Below, in pieces: positions 26,003 through 34,967 of a DNA stretch of 43,540 nt (positions are counted from its first letter, which is position 1; each line of letters begins with the position of its first letter). Source of the stretch: an uncultured Oscillospiraceae bacterium (GTDB taxonomy: Bacteria; Bacillota; Clostridia; Oscillospirales; Oscillospiraceae); assembly GCA_964431445.1 (NCBI GenBank), contig CAYSJX010000001.1:1-43540 (forward strand), written 5' to 3'. The translations under genes were made by a program, and so were the position numbers. The notes below the pieces were generated by a model that was not told where the DNA came from, did not search any database, and saw only the letters and a list, made by a program, of their open reading frames with translations.

Positions 26003-27217
26003 ATGAGCAATCACGATTTTTATTTTCAAGTTTTAGGGTTTGACGCAGAGCTAACAGTCGTAATCCCCAATGATGCAGAAGCGTTTCTGCCAATAGTAAT
26101 CAAAAACGGCAATCGATACAACCCAGAGAACGGTTTTAAGCCTATTGACCCGAAGCCTAAACAGAAGTCTTTGTCCCATAACCAAATAGAGCGGTCTTTG
26201 GCTATCATCAATGAAGCAGCCACATGGTGGAAGCCTCAGTCTAAGGATAAAACTCCAATTGTGGAGAATCCTGCCGAACCCGTAAAGCCTACCACTCCAC
26301 AAACTACTCTTGAAAATCTTATTGCAAAGAGCGTTGCCGAGCTGTCCGTAAATAGCGTTATGGAAACCGCAAAGCCTTTCATTGAAAAGTATGTTTCCGA
26401 AACATTCGGAATCCTGCCAAAGGCTATAGAAGTAAAGACCGAGACAGACACAAAGAAAGTAACAGGCTTCACGCATCATGAGTTTGAAACTATCCTCAAA
26501 CTTGTTGCCGCCGACATTCCGGTATTCCTTACGGGTCCCGCTGGGTGTGGAAAGAATGTTATCTGCAAGCAAATTGCAGAAGCCCTCGGCAAAGAGTTCT
26601 ATTTCTCAAACGCTGTAACGCAGGAGTATAAGATAACAGGCTTTATCGATGCCAACGGCAAGTATCAAGAAACCCAGTTCTACAAGGCGTTCACACAAGG
26701 TGGCGTTTTCATGTTGGATGAAATGGACGCTTCAACTCCCGAAGTGCTTGTGATACTCAATGCTGCCATCGCAAACCGCTACTTTGACTTTCCTATTGGA
26801 AGAGTTGAAGCCCATCCCGATTTTCGTATCGTTGCAGCAGGTAACACATACGGAACTGGCGCAGACATCGAATATACCGGACGTTTCCAGCTTGACGCAT
26901 CAAGCCTTGACCGATTCGCCATCATTGAAGTTTCATATGATCAGGATATAGAGTTAGCCATTGCAGGAGGAGACAAAGAGGTTGTACAGTTCGTTCATGC
27001 TTTCCGTGAAGCACTATCTGCCGCCGACATTAAGTTTACGGTGTCATACCGAGCCATAGAGCGACTTGTAAAGCTCAAATCAATGTTCGACACACAAAAG
27101 GCTATCCAACTCGCCGTATTGCGTGGTATGGACAAAGACGATGCCCAGATGCTTGCCAAAAACTTGCCGACAGTGAACAATCAGTATGTTTATGAACTCA
27201 AAAAGATGTTGAAGTAA
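26003..27217 (+). CDS. MoxR/CbbQ/NirQ-type AAA+ ATPase
   Basis: Walker A GPAGCGKN, Walker B FMLDEMD, AHPDFRIVAAGN, arginine finger LDASSLDRF, SYR sensor. Confidence 0.9.
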   Translation: MSNHDFYFQVLGFDAELTVVIPNDAEAFLPIVIKNGNRYNPENGFKPIDPKPKQKSLSHNQIERSLAIINEAATWWKPQSKDKTPIVENPAEPVKPTTPQTTLENLIAKSVAELSVNSVMETAKPFIEKYVSETFGILPKAIEVKTETDTKKVTGFTHHEFETILKLVAADIPVFLTGPAGCGKNVICKQIAEALGKEFYFSNAVTQEYKITGFIDANGKYQETQFYKAFTQGGVFMLDEMDASTPEVLVILNAAIANRYFDFPIGRVEAHPDFRIVAAGNTYGTGADIEYTGRFQLDASSLDRFAIIEVSYDQDIELAIAGGDKEVVQFVHAFREALSAADIKFTVSYRAIERLVKLKSMFDTQKAIQLAVLRGMDKDDAQMLAKNLPTVNNQYVYELKKMLK

Positions 27218-28068
27218 TGAGAAAAGGTTCTTTTATATTTGAAACATTTAATGGTGTAAACGAGTTCTTGAACGTGATAGGAAAGCGGAAACCGAATATG
27301 GTCTTCAAACATGCGACACTCTCAAGCGAGCATGGCGATGCTGAATTTACCATGACAAAAGACTACGCCGAAAGTGAGCAACTTATGGCTGCAGGTTACA
27401 AAGAAGGTCTGAATGACTTGAAGAAGAGCAAGGGTGCTAAGATTACACACACAAGCAATGTCCGCAAGAACATCCCCCAAACGGGGGTTGTTGGGTACGC
27501 TCCTCACGTTCCAAATGCAATTGCTGGGATACCACAAAGTATGATTGCACAAAGAAAAATTGAGCAGCACGCAAAAGTTGTTACAATTGTGTACGATGGT
27601 GGTGCCCATGCATCCGTTAATGCAGAACGATTTGTCAAGGCAGGACGTCACTTGCTCGATGTCGTAATGATGTTGGAATTGCAGGGATATCGTGTTAGGG
27701 TTGATATTCAAGATGCGTTTTGTACGAACAAGGAGAAAGCAATATGTCGTATTATGGTGAAGACTCATCGCCAACCAATCAATCCTCTCAAAATATCCTA
27801 TCTGCTTCTACACCCATCTTTCTTCCGTAGACAAGGCTTCAAGTGGTTAGAGACCACTCCAGAACTAACAAACAACACGTTCGTTGATGGATATGGCAGA
27901 CCTTTATACTTTCAAGTCAATTCTGATGGTGCTTCAACCGATGAAATCCGTGAGTATCTGAAAGAGCGTGGTTTGTTGGAAAGCGGAACGTTCTTTACCA
28001 ACTTCTATGAAGCAGAGAAAAATTCAGCAGAAGAACTCGTCAGACTAATGGGTATTAAAAAGAAATAA
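27217..28068 (+). CDS. VWA-like partner of the AAA+ ATPase
   Basis: Translationally coupled (TAATG). GYAPHVPNAIAGIP then VTIVYDGGAHAS, a degenerate MIDAS-like strand; HPSFFRR. MoxR-VWA pairing is established. Confidence 0.6.
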   Translation: MRKGSFIFETFNGVNEFLNVIGKRKPNMVFKHATLSSEHGDAEFTMTKDYAESEQLMAAGYKEGLNDLKKSKGAKITHTSNVRKNIPQTGVVGYAPHVPNAIAGIPQSMIAQRKIEQHAKVVTIVYDGGAHASVNAERFVKAGRHLLDVVMMLELQGYRVRVDIQDAFCTNKEKAICRIMVKTHRQPINPLKISYLLLHPSFFRRQGFKWLETTPELTNNTFVDGYGRPLYFQVNSDGASTDEIREYLKERGLLESGTFFTNFYEAEKNSAEELVRLMGIKKK

Positions 28069-28106
28069 GTTTAACCGGGAGTTATCTCCCACAATACGCA
28101 ATAACT

Positions 28107-28982
28107 ATGAGAGAATCAGTATTAGCAGTAAAAGACCTTGCCAACCGAGCAGGACAAGGCATCAGCATGAACCCTGAAAGAATGGGAGAGCATCTTCTTA
28201 ACGAACTTGAATGCGGCTTGAACGCATTCTTGGCAAAGATGCCCGAAGAATTGCAGGATGTGTACGAGAAGCGTTATATCGCCAAATATAGCGAGTGGCT
28301 GCAAGCGATGAGCAGAACGTTCTCCGTGATGATAACAGGGCCAAGCAAGTTCAATAACCGAAGGCATGAGAAAATGAACAACTACGAGCATTCTGCCCGT
28401 GAGCGTTTTGAGACTTGGAAAGAGAAAGTTCTTAAACGTGTGAACCGCCGACAACGTTTGGTCGGTTGGGCTGAGATTGAACGCTTGCAGAACAAGCTCG
28501 ACAAACTCACCGAGTTGCAGGAGAAGATGAAAGCAGTGAACAAGATCGTACGCAACAAGAAATTATCCGAGGTTGAGCAGTGTGAAGAACTGGAAGCCCT
28601 TGGCTTGTCAAAGCAGACAATCAACGAGATTATGGCAGAACCTCAATACTCATTTCAGAAAAAAGGCTTCGCTACCTACCAACTATCCAACAACCTTGCC
28701 AAAATCAAGGCAACGGAGCAGGCGATTAAACGCCATACGACAATGGCTACCACTGACGACAAGGAATTTACCTTTGACGGTGGGATAGTCGCTGTATGCA
28801 ACTCTGACGAGCGAATACGGATATATTTCGATGAAGTGCCCGATGACGAAACGAGAAAGATGCTCAAAAGCAACGCTTTCAAGTGGTCGCCAACGAACAA
28901 GGCATGGCAGAGACAACTCACTTCAAATGCGATGTACTCTCTGAAACACTTCGTAAAATTGCCTAACTTGATGATTAACTGA
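28107..28982 (+). CDS. DUF3560-like / polyvalent-protein-associated domain protein
   Basis: SVMITGPSKF and RIRIYFDEVPDDETRKMLKSNAFKWSPTNKAWQRQLT motifs recalled from phage/plasmid DUF3560-type proteins. Confidence 0.55.
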   Translation: MRESVLAVKDLANRAGQGISMNPERMGEHLLNELECGLNAFLAKMPEELQDVYEKRYIAKYSEWLQAMSRTFSVMITGPSKFNNRRHEKMNNYEHSARERFETWKEKVLKRVNRRQRLVGWAEIERLQNKLDKLTELQEKMKAVNKIVRNKKLSEVEQCEELEALGLSKQTINEIMAEPQYSFQKKGFATYQLSNNLAKIKATEQAIKRHTTMATTDDKEFTFDGGIVAVCNSDERIRIYFDEVPDDETRKMLKSNAFKWSPTNKAWQRQLTSNAMYSLKHFVKLPNLMIN

Positions 28983-29024
28983 AAATAATTCTGCAAAGGT
29001 GTGGCGAATGTGTAATATTTGCCG

Positions 29025-29032
29025 TACCTTTG
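29025..29032 (+). promoter_or_regulatory. Internal -7 promoter box upstream of the ADP-ribosylhydrolase sub-operon
   Basis: TACCTTTG; shares the 15-mer TGCCGTACCTTTGCA with the promoter at 25713-25720. Confidence 0.65.
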
Positions 29033-29052
29033 CATATCAAAAACAAAATAAA

Positions 29053-29289
29053 ATGGGAAGAAAGATATTACACGTTGAGCTAAGGAACCCAATCGATGGT
29101 GAAAGACATTATTACTTTGGCTCGAAAGCCGCCATATTTCAGCGTTTCACTGCTGAGCAGGTGGGTATAACTTATTACTCACTGAAGAACATCAGTATAA
29201 CAAAAGAAGAGCCGTATGTGAACAGACACTGTACGATACGTCAAGGAGAACTAATAGCATCGGAAACGAAAACAAAGGAGGGAAAATGA
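29053..29289 (+). CDS. Small basic hypothetical protein (78 aa), possibly DNA-binding
   Basis: ATG at 29053 after an A-rich leader (MGRKILHVEL...HYYFGSKAAIF); overlaps the next gene (ATGA). Confidence 0.7.
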   Translation: MGRKILHVELRNPIDGERHYYFGSKAAIFQRFTAEQVGITYYSLKNISITKEEPYVNRHCTIRQGELIASETKTKEGK

Positions 29290-30056
29290 TAGGAGCAATG
29301 GTTGGTGATATTGTTGGTTCACGCTTTGAGTTCAACAATACGAGTGATCCAAATTTCACGTTGTTCACTGACGAATGCAGTTTTACTGACGATAGCATCT
29401 GCACGTTGGCAATTGGCTACGCTCTCGTGAACGGCATCAGTTATGAGGAAAGCATACGTTCTTGGTGCTCGATATTCAAGTTCCCTATGGGTGGCTATGG
29501 TGGTAGTTTTGCCCGTTGGCTTGCTTCTGACCATCCCCAACCTTATAACAGCTATGGCAATGGCTCTGCAATGCGTGTATCGCCCGTGGCTTGGTGGTTC
29601 GATACTTTGGAGGACGTTCAGCGTGAAGCAGAGAAGACGGCACTGCCAACCCACAACCACCCCGAGGGTGTGAAAGGTGCTGTGGCTACTGCAACCGCCA
29701 TATTCTTAGCACGGAAATATGGGAAGCCTGCAATGCTCGCTGCCATGACTGAGTTCTATCCGCAATGGATTGAGCCTTTGTATGGTCGCAACAAGTTTGA
29801 CGAGACTTGTCAAGGCACCATGCCAGTAGTGTTCGGCATCATCAATAAGGCTAACGACTTTGAGGAGGCCATACGAGATGCTATTGCAGTCGGTGGCGAT
29901 AGCGACACCATTGGAGCGATAGTTGGCTCAATAGCGGAAGCAATATGGGGTATACCGAAAGTCGTTTCAGATGTTGCGCTTAGTTATCTTCCTGCAATCA
30001 TGGAGAGCAATGTTGCCGAGTTTTACAAAACTTTAATTGAGAGACGAAATGGATAA
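29286..30056 (+). CDS. ADP-ribosylglycohydrolase (DraG/ARH family)
   Basis: GAMVGDIVGS, FTDDS, GNGSAMRVSP, THNHP and GGDSDTIGAIVGSIA metal-binding motifs. Confidence 0.95.
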   Translation: MIGAMVGDIVGSRFEFNNTSDPNFTLFTDECSFTDDSICTLAIGYALVNGISYEESIRSWCSIFKFPMGGYGGSFARWLASDHPQPYNSYGNGSAMRVSPVAWWFDTLEDVQREAEKTALPTHNHPEGVKGAVATATAIFLARKYGKPAMLAAMTEFYPQWIEPLYGRNKFDETCQGTMPVVFGIINKANDFEEAIRDAIAVGGDSDTIGAIVGSIAEAIWGIPKVVSDVALSYLPAIMESNVAEFYKTLIERRNG

Positions 30057-30375
30057 AAAGGATTTGATTAAGTTCTGTAATTATTACAGAGGAGAAAGCG
30101 AAAATCCATATAAGGTTTCTGCTGCATGGTACATCTGGGTTACTGAAAAAGATTGGGTTGATGAAATGCTTCTTGATAATGTTGTAACAGACAAACAATC
30201 ATTAGAGCTAAATCACTACTTAGAAATGGGGTTTGCAGACTTTGAGAAGTTTGATGATACACCAATAACACTCAAATCAAAGTTATTCGCTTTGCTTGAG
30301 AAATGGAATGAAGGTATTGTTAGTAAGGACGAGTTTGCTCAATTCTATTCAAACTGGAAAGAGAAAAAGGCATAA
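30049..30375 (+). CDS. Small acidic hypothetical protein (108 aa), candidate immunity/accessory protein
   Basis: ATG at 30049 overlaps the ARH gene end (MDKKDLIKFCNYYRGESENPY); ends at the terminator. Confidence 0.7.
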   Translation: MDKKDLIKFCNYYRGESENPYKVSAAWYIWVTEKDWVDEMLLDNVVTDKQSLELNHYLEMGFADFEKFDDTPITLKSKLFALLEKWNEGIVSKDEFAQFYSNWKEKKA

Positions 30376-30414
30376 AAAAAAGAGGGGCAAGACATTTTCC
30401 TGCCCCTCTTTTTT
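30374..30414. terminator. Bidirectional intrinsic terminator
   Basis: AGAGGGGCA / TGCCCCTCT stem flanked by an A-run and a T-run, between two convergent stop codons. Confidence 0.9.
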
Positions 30415-33280
30415 ATTTGTACTTTGGTTTGTATCCGTAAATACCTTTCTTGCTGTCGTAAACTCTTTCGTAATCTACGATGTCTTTTGCATCTTGTTCT
30501 ATTACTTCAACTTTTACAAACCATTTGTCTTCGATTTTATCATATCGTGCTTCTGCTACTCTAAATTTCGAGCCACGTTGCAGGAATATTTCTGCTTCGT
30601 TTATATAGACGGGTTTGCTCTTGCCATCCCAAAATCCGTCTGGTCCCTTGACCTTTGAATTATAATGATTGTATGGTGCTGCATATAGGGCTTGCGTTCC
30701 CTTTGGACAATAGATTTCAAGATGAACTTTCGGATCTCCGTACTTGTTGTCTCCTCCAGTGCCACTGAAAGTAGCATTCATGTGAGAACTTGTTGAACAG
30801 AATGATGGGTCTGTGCCCATCCTGCCTATTAACTGTCTTTCTTCATGTTGCTTGTATGCTTCTATCTTGTCATCTATTTCTTTTTGTAGAGCAGGAGTGA
30901 TTTTCTTATGTTTTGCAGCGTACTTTGCTTTTAGTCTTGCAGCGTAATTGTCAATATTTCGATTTAGTACATTAACATCAAGTCCTCCAGTTTTAAGAGT
31001 GAAGAAATCAGCACGTTCATCACGTACTATCCAACAATCATCACGAAGCCGTGTCCGTGCAATGGTTTCTGTCATTGCTTCGATAAATGGCTTGTCTCTC
31101 ACGACATAACCGCTATCGTATTCAAGCCAACCATCAAGACCTCTCAGAAGTCGTGTAATTGATGAAGAATTAGCCGTGTAATCCTCCGCTGCTTCCTTAA
31201 ATGTTCGTGATGCTTTACCATAAGCATCAACTGCATCTTTGAAATAGTAATTATCTGCATCATCTGCATTGCTGAATTGGAGAGCATTCTTTTTTCTTGC
31301 ATCGGTAAAGCACTCTTCACCAAACATAACGTGTTTGTCTCCTGCGCCTTTCTTTGCAAGTCTTGTTGCATTCGCTTTTTGGAGAGCAGTCCATTTTTTG
31401 TCCAGTTCTGAATAACTTTTTGATATGACGGATATATCGCTTTGTGCTGCAATATCATTTTCGACATTTGACAATAACTCAGCCAGTTTCTTTGCTCCCT
31501 TGTTCTTCGCCACGTAATCCTTGACTGGTTGTAATTTGGACTCAATATCCGCTACGCCAATCTTGTAATTAACGATACCGAGTTGTTTTGTATAGGCATC
31601 TTGTGCAACTTTCCACGTTGGATATACCGTATGTGGCTTCAAATATGTTGGGTCTGCAACATACTTGATTTCCGTTTCTATCAACGCTTTCTGCTGTTCT
31701 AATACAGAACTGTACTTCCATGTATTTAACGGCTTGGATGCAATTGTAGCCATCTTCTGTTCTACCGCATCGAACACTTGATGGAGTTCAGCAGAAGTAA
31801 ACTGCTGCTTCCATGTGTGAACGTCCGGTATAAGAGCGGACAAAGCCTTTTCGTCCTGCTTGATTGCAGACACTTGCTTTGCAATGGTACGAGCTTCTGT
31901 ATTCGCTAACGAAATGTTCTTTGCATTGATATACTCCTGCAACTTTGTGAGGTCGATTTCTGGATAATTCTGAGCCACGTTTGCGACATTTGTAGCCATC
32001 TTGATAATCTTTTGATTCTTGATGGCACGTTCCGCCCAACGCTTGCGTATCGCTTCACGCTCCTCCTCTGTCTTGACACGTATTTTCTTTTTCTTGTTGA
32101 TGTAGTCTTGGTTGTCCTGCACCCAATATGGCATTGACGTGGCAGTCTCAACACGATTCTTGTTTTTGTCCCACCACTCATAGAAGTCATTGTTCGGCTT
32201 GCGTATCAAGTCTTTGCTACGCTTTGGCTGTTCCCCGTTAAGAATGGCTTTCTGCATTTCGACAAACTCATCTTGTTCCGCCAGTATAGGCACAACAAAA
32301 CACCTGCACTGAGGATGCCACCCCTTGAATACAAAATCCTTTGGGTACACACCCTTTGTACTGGTGTCGTCATTGTTGGCCGCTGACAAATCATCACAAA
32401 TGTCGTGTGCGGGGTGGTGATTAGAACGCTTCACACGGTAGCCGACAACGAAATCCATACGTTCCCATCGATCTTGTTCTGCACTGCGGTACGCCATGTT
32501 GGTTTCCGTTCTCGTCAGCCGCATTGCATTTTTGTATGAACTTCGATATACGCCTTGTCCGGGGTGGTAGTTGCGAGGATTGAAGTTCTCCCACGTTACG
32601 GCACCCGTCTGTGGGTCTATAACTTTACGCTTCCACCTGCGCCCGTATATCGGTTTCGTACCAATAAGTTCTCCAGTTTCTTCATCATAGATTTTCTCTT
32701 CTCCAACCTTGACACGAAACCGTCTGAACATCATGTCGGGTTCTTGAAGATATTTGCGCACATTTCTGCTTACAGTGGCTGCGCTGTCTCCCTGCCCGAG
32801 AGAGACCGTAAGAGCCACCTCCATTTCGGTCTTGAGGTTTCCGACATACTTCCACACGTTCTGCGAAAGATTAAGCCCTCCATAGGCTGATTTGCGTTTG
32901 AAGAAACTATCCATTGCTTGTTGGTTGCGACTGAACCAACGGGCAAAATGGTTGTCTTCTTTCAGACCTTTGCCGAAAATCGATTCTATGAGCGCATCAC
33001 AAGAAAGGTTGGCGTACTCCCATTCGGAGGACACGCCACCCTTGATTTCATTGTACACGGCTGAATACAGCCCCCGTAAGATGTTATTTGCTTTTTCGGA
33101 TAACTTTGTATTATCTCCGAAAGAAAACGCACCAGACGAGCCCAAATCGCCATTAGCCGTCAATTTGAGCAACTCATCCACTGCCGTTGCATAATGTTGC
33201 CTTACTTTGTCTGCATATTGCTCCGTTCTTGTGAACAGTCCGGCTGCATATTTGTCGTAATCGATTTTCTTTTTGGCCAT
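30413..33280 (-). CDS. MuF (SPP1 gp7-like) minor head protein fused to a C-terminal ADP-ribosyltransferase
   Basis: MuF motifs RLTRTETNMAY, DICDDL and GWHPQCRC. The C-terminal VIP2-like ART has YT...ITRLLRG, WIVRDE (R), FCSTS (S) and NEAEIFLQRGSKFRV (ExE). Lies downstream of the portal. Confidence 0.88.
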   Translation of the reverse strand: MAKKKIDYDKYAAGLFTRTEQYADKVRQHYATAVDELLKLTANGDLGSSGAFSFGDNTKLSEKANNILRGLYSAVYNEIKGGVSSEWEYANLSCDALIESIFGKGLKEDNHFARWFSRNQQAMDSFFKRKSAYGGLNLSQNVWKYVGNLKTEMEVALTVSLGQGDSAATVSRNVRKYLQEPDMMFRRFRVKVGEEKIYDEETGELIGTKPIYGRRWKRKVIDPQTGAVTWENFNPRNYHPGQGVYRSSYKNAMRLTRTETNMAYRSAEQDRWERMDFVVGYRVKRSNHHPAHDICDDLSAANNDDTSTKGVYPKDFVFKGWHPQCRCFVVPILAEQDEFVEMQKAILNGEQPKRSKDLIRKPNNDFYEWWDKNKNRVETATSMPYWVQDNQDYINKKKKIRVKTEEEREAIRKRWAERAIKNQKIIKMATNVANVAQNYPEIDLTKLQEYINAKNISLANTEARTIAKQVSAIKQDEKALSALIPDVHTWKQQFTSAELHQVFDAVEQKMATIASKPLNTWKYSSVLEQQKALIETEIKYVADPTYLKPHTVYPTWKVAQDAYTKQLGIVNYKIGVADIESKLQPVKDYVAKNKGAKKLAELLSNVENDIAAQSDISVISKSYSELDKKWTALQKANATRLAKKGAGDKHVMFGEECFTDARKKNALQFSNADDADNYYFKDAVDAYGKASRTFKEAAEDYTANSSSITRLLRGLDGWLEYDSGYVVRDKPFIEAMTETIARTRLRDDCWIVRDERADFFTLKTGGLDVNVLNRNIDNYAARLKAKYAAKHKKITPALQKEIDDKIEAYKQHEERQLIGRMGTDPSFCSTSSHMNATFSGTGGDNKYGDPKVHLEIYCPKGTQALYAAPYNHYNSKVKGPDGFWDGKSKPVYINEAEIFLQRGSKFRVAEARYDKIEDKWFVKVEVIEQDAKDIVDYERVYDSKKGIYGYKPKYK

Positions 33281-33296
33281 GTTTTACATCTTCAAT

Positions 33297-33485
33297 TCAA
33301 ATCAATCGCTTTTTCTGAAAATTTCTGCACCCGTCGCGCTCCATAAAGTGGCTGCGGTGCGCATCAAGTTCGCACCGTACCAAAATCATATGTCCGTCAA
33401 GAGCAGGACTATGGGGGTCGAAAGACCGAATACAGGCTTTGCAGTCAAGCAGCAACCATTGCTTCTGTTTCGTTGTACGTGCCAT
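33297..33485 (-). CDS. Small Cys-containing protein (62 aa)
   Basis: Fills the gap between portal and MuF; CxxC...C...C pattern; TAATG coupling to the portal. Confidence 0.6.
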   Translation of the reverse strand: MARTTKQKQWLLLDCKACIRSFDPHSPALDGHMILVRCELDAHRSHFMERDGCRNFQKKRLI

Positions 33486-34942
33486 TATTCCGCTCCACCA
33501 AATATATCATCTTGGTTTTGGTTCTGCCCGAAGATGTCACGTTGCCTTTGCGCTGCGGTTTCTTTCTCTTTCTCCATACGCTTCAATTCAAGTTTATGGT
33601 CCTTGATAATAGGATTGAGCTCCACCGCACCCTCTGTTGATATCATTTCTGCATCCTTTGCCTTTGCAATGTTACTGATTACATCTGCGATGTCCTCTCC
33701 GAATGGCTCTTGAAATTCATGTGCAATAATGGTATTATCGCACTCTGATTTCAGAGTAATCTGCATAACGTTGCCAATGATTGCAAGAATGAGATTGGCA
33801 GTGCGGTCAAGTAGTTCGTCGTGCGTTTCCTTGTGTCGATTAGCCTTGATGTTTGCAAGTAGCATCATCTGTTGGAGAGCCTTTCCCGAAACATTAGATA
33901 AGCCTTTCATATTGTCGAAGTCAATGTTAGGGGTGAATGTCTTTGAGAGGATATGTTTTTGCAGCCACTCGATTTCAGACTTCTTGCTTTCTGGTGCGCT
34001 ATCCCATGTCAGATATGAAGCGTACTTGGAAACGTCATCCACATTGTTGCCACGGATGCGTAATGTTTTGTTCTCGTCTCCCTTTTCGGGCATGTTCTTG
34101 ATAATGTCCTCATGTATTAAGAACATTGGATCAGAGAAATAGTCGTTTGTGTCTGCGGTTCTTGATCCGATGTACTCTTCACGTTCTATCAGCGGCTCAA
34201 CTCCCGACCACTCCTTTTCCTGCTGAAATAGAATCACTGGTATTTTGCCAATGAGGTTTTCTTCGGCTGTTACTTCCCACCCGGTCATAATACGCTTGCA
34301 TCGATATATTACTTCTGGGGTAAAGATGTCGAAATGATATGTCGTACTTGTGCTGTCTTCCTTGACATAGTAGCCCCATGCGAACGACACAAGGTTCTCG
34401 TATATGTCCCAACGGGCATAAATCTCATCTCCTTTGCTCCGTGCCAATACTCGTATTTGCACATCGGGGTTCCCCTCGTCATTACGGAATACACGGAAAA
34501 GCATTGCAGACTGCGTTTCTGCCCCTGCAAGACGCTTGCATTGCCTAACCTTACTGTCGAACCGTGTGCGCTTGATGATGTCCTTAAACGCCTCGAATGC
34601 CTTGTCTCCAGCATCTCCTTGAAGCGTCCACTTGACTGGGCGGCCATAAATGAATACTACTGAAATCTCATTGATGTACTGGGGGTAATTCAAAGGTAAC
34701 TTCCAACGCTTGACAATTCCCTTGCGCTGCCCCAACTTGTTGCGCACAATCTTGTCCTCACGCTTGTTGATGTCGTGCAAGCGTGTGTCATACTCCCTCA
34801 TCGCTTCGGCTGTCATTTCTTCCCGTGATTGGAATAGCGATTTGACACGGGAAATATCCTTTGCCTTGATGAGGTCGTCAAACTCTTGGTTTCTGCCGAC
34901 CACTGCATTCAGATAGTTGGCGAACATTTGAAAATAACTCAT
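33485..34942 (-). CDS. Portal protein (SPP1 gp6-like)
   Basis: NYPQYINEISVVFIYGRPV, NLIGKIPVI and GLSNVSGKAL motifs; follows terL. Confidence 0.9.
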   Translation of the reverse strand: MSYFQMFANYLNAVVGRNQEFDDLIKAKDISRVKSLFQSREEMTAEAMREYDTRLHDINKREDKIVRNKLGQRKGIVKRWKLPLNYPQYINEISVVFIYGRPVKWTLQGDAGDKAFEAFKDIIKRTRFDSKVRQCKRLAGAETQSAMLFRVFRNDEGNPDVQIRVLARSKGDEIYARWDIYENLVSFAWGYYVKEDSTSTTYHFDIFTPEVIYRCKRIMTGWEVTAEENLIGKIPVILFQQEKEWSGVEPLIEREEYIGSRTADTNDYFSDPMFLIHEDIIKNMPEKGDENKTLRIRGNNVDDVSKYASYLTWDSAPESKKSEIEWLQKHILSKTFTPNIDFDNMKGLSNVSGKALQQMMLLANIKANRHKETHDELLDRTANLILAIIGNVMQITLKSECDNTIIAHEFQEPFGEDIADVISNIAKAKDAEMISTEGAVELNPIIKDHKLELKRMEKEKETAAQRQRDIFGQNQNQDDIFGGAE

Positions 34943-34967
34943 AGTCTTTCTTTTTTGTTTGATGTTG

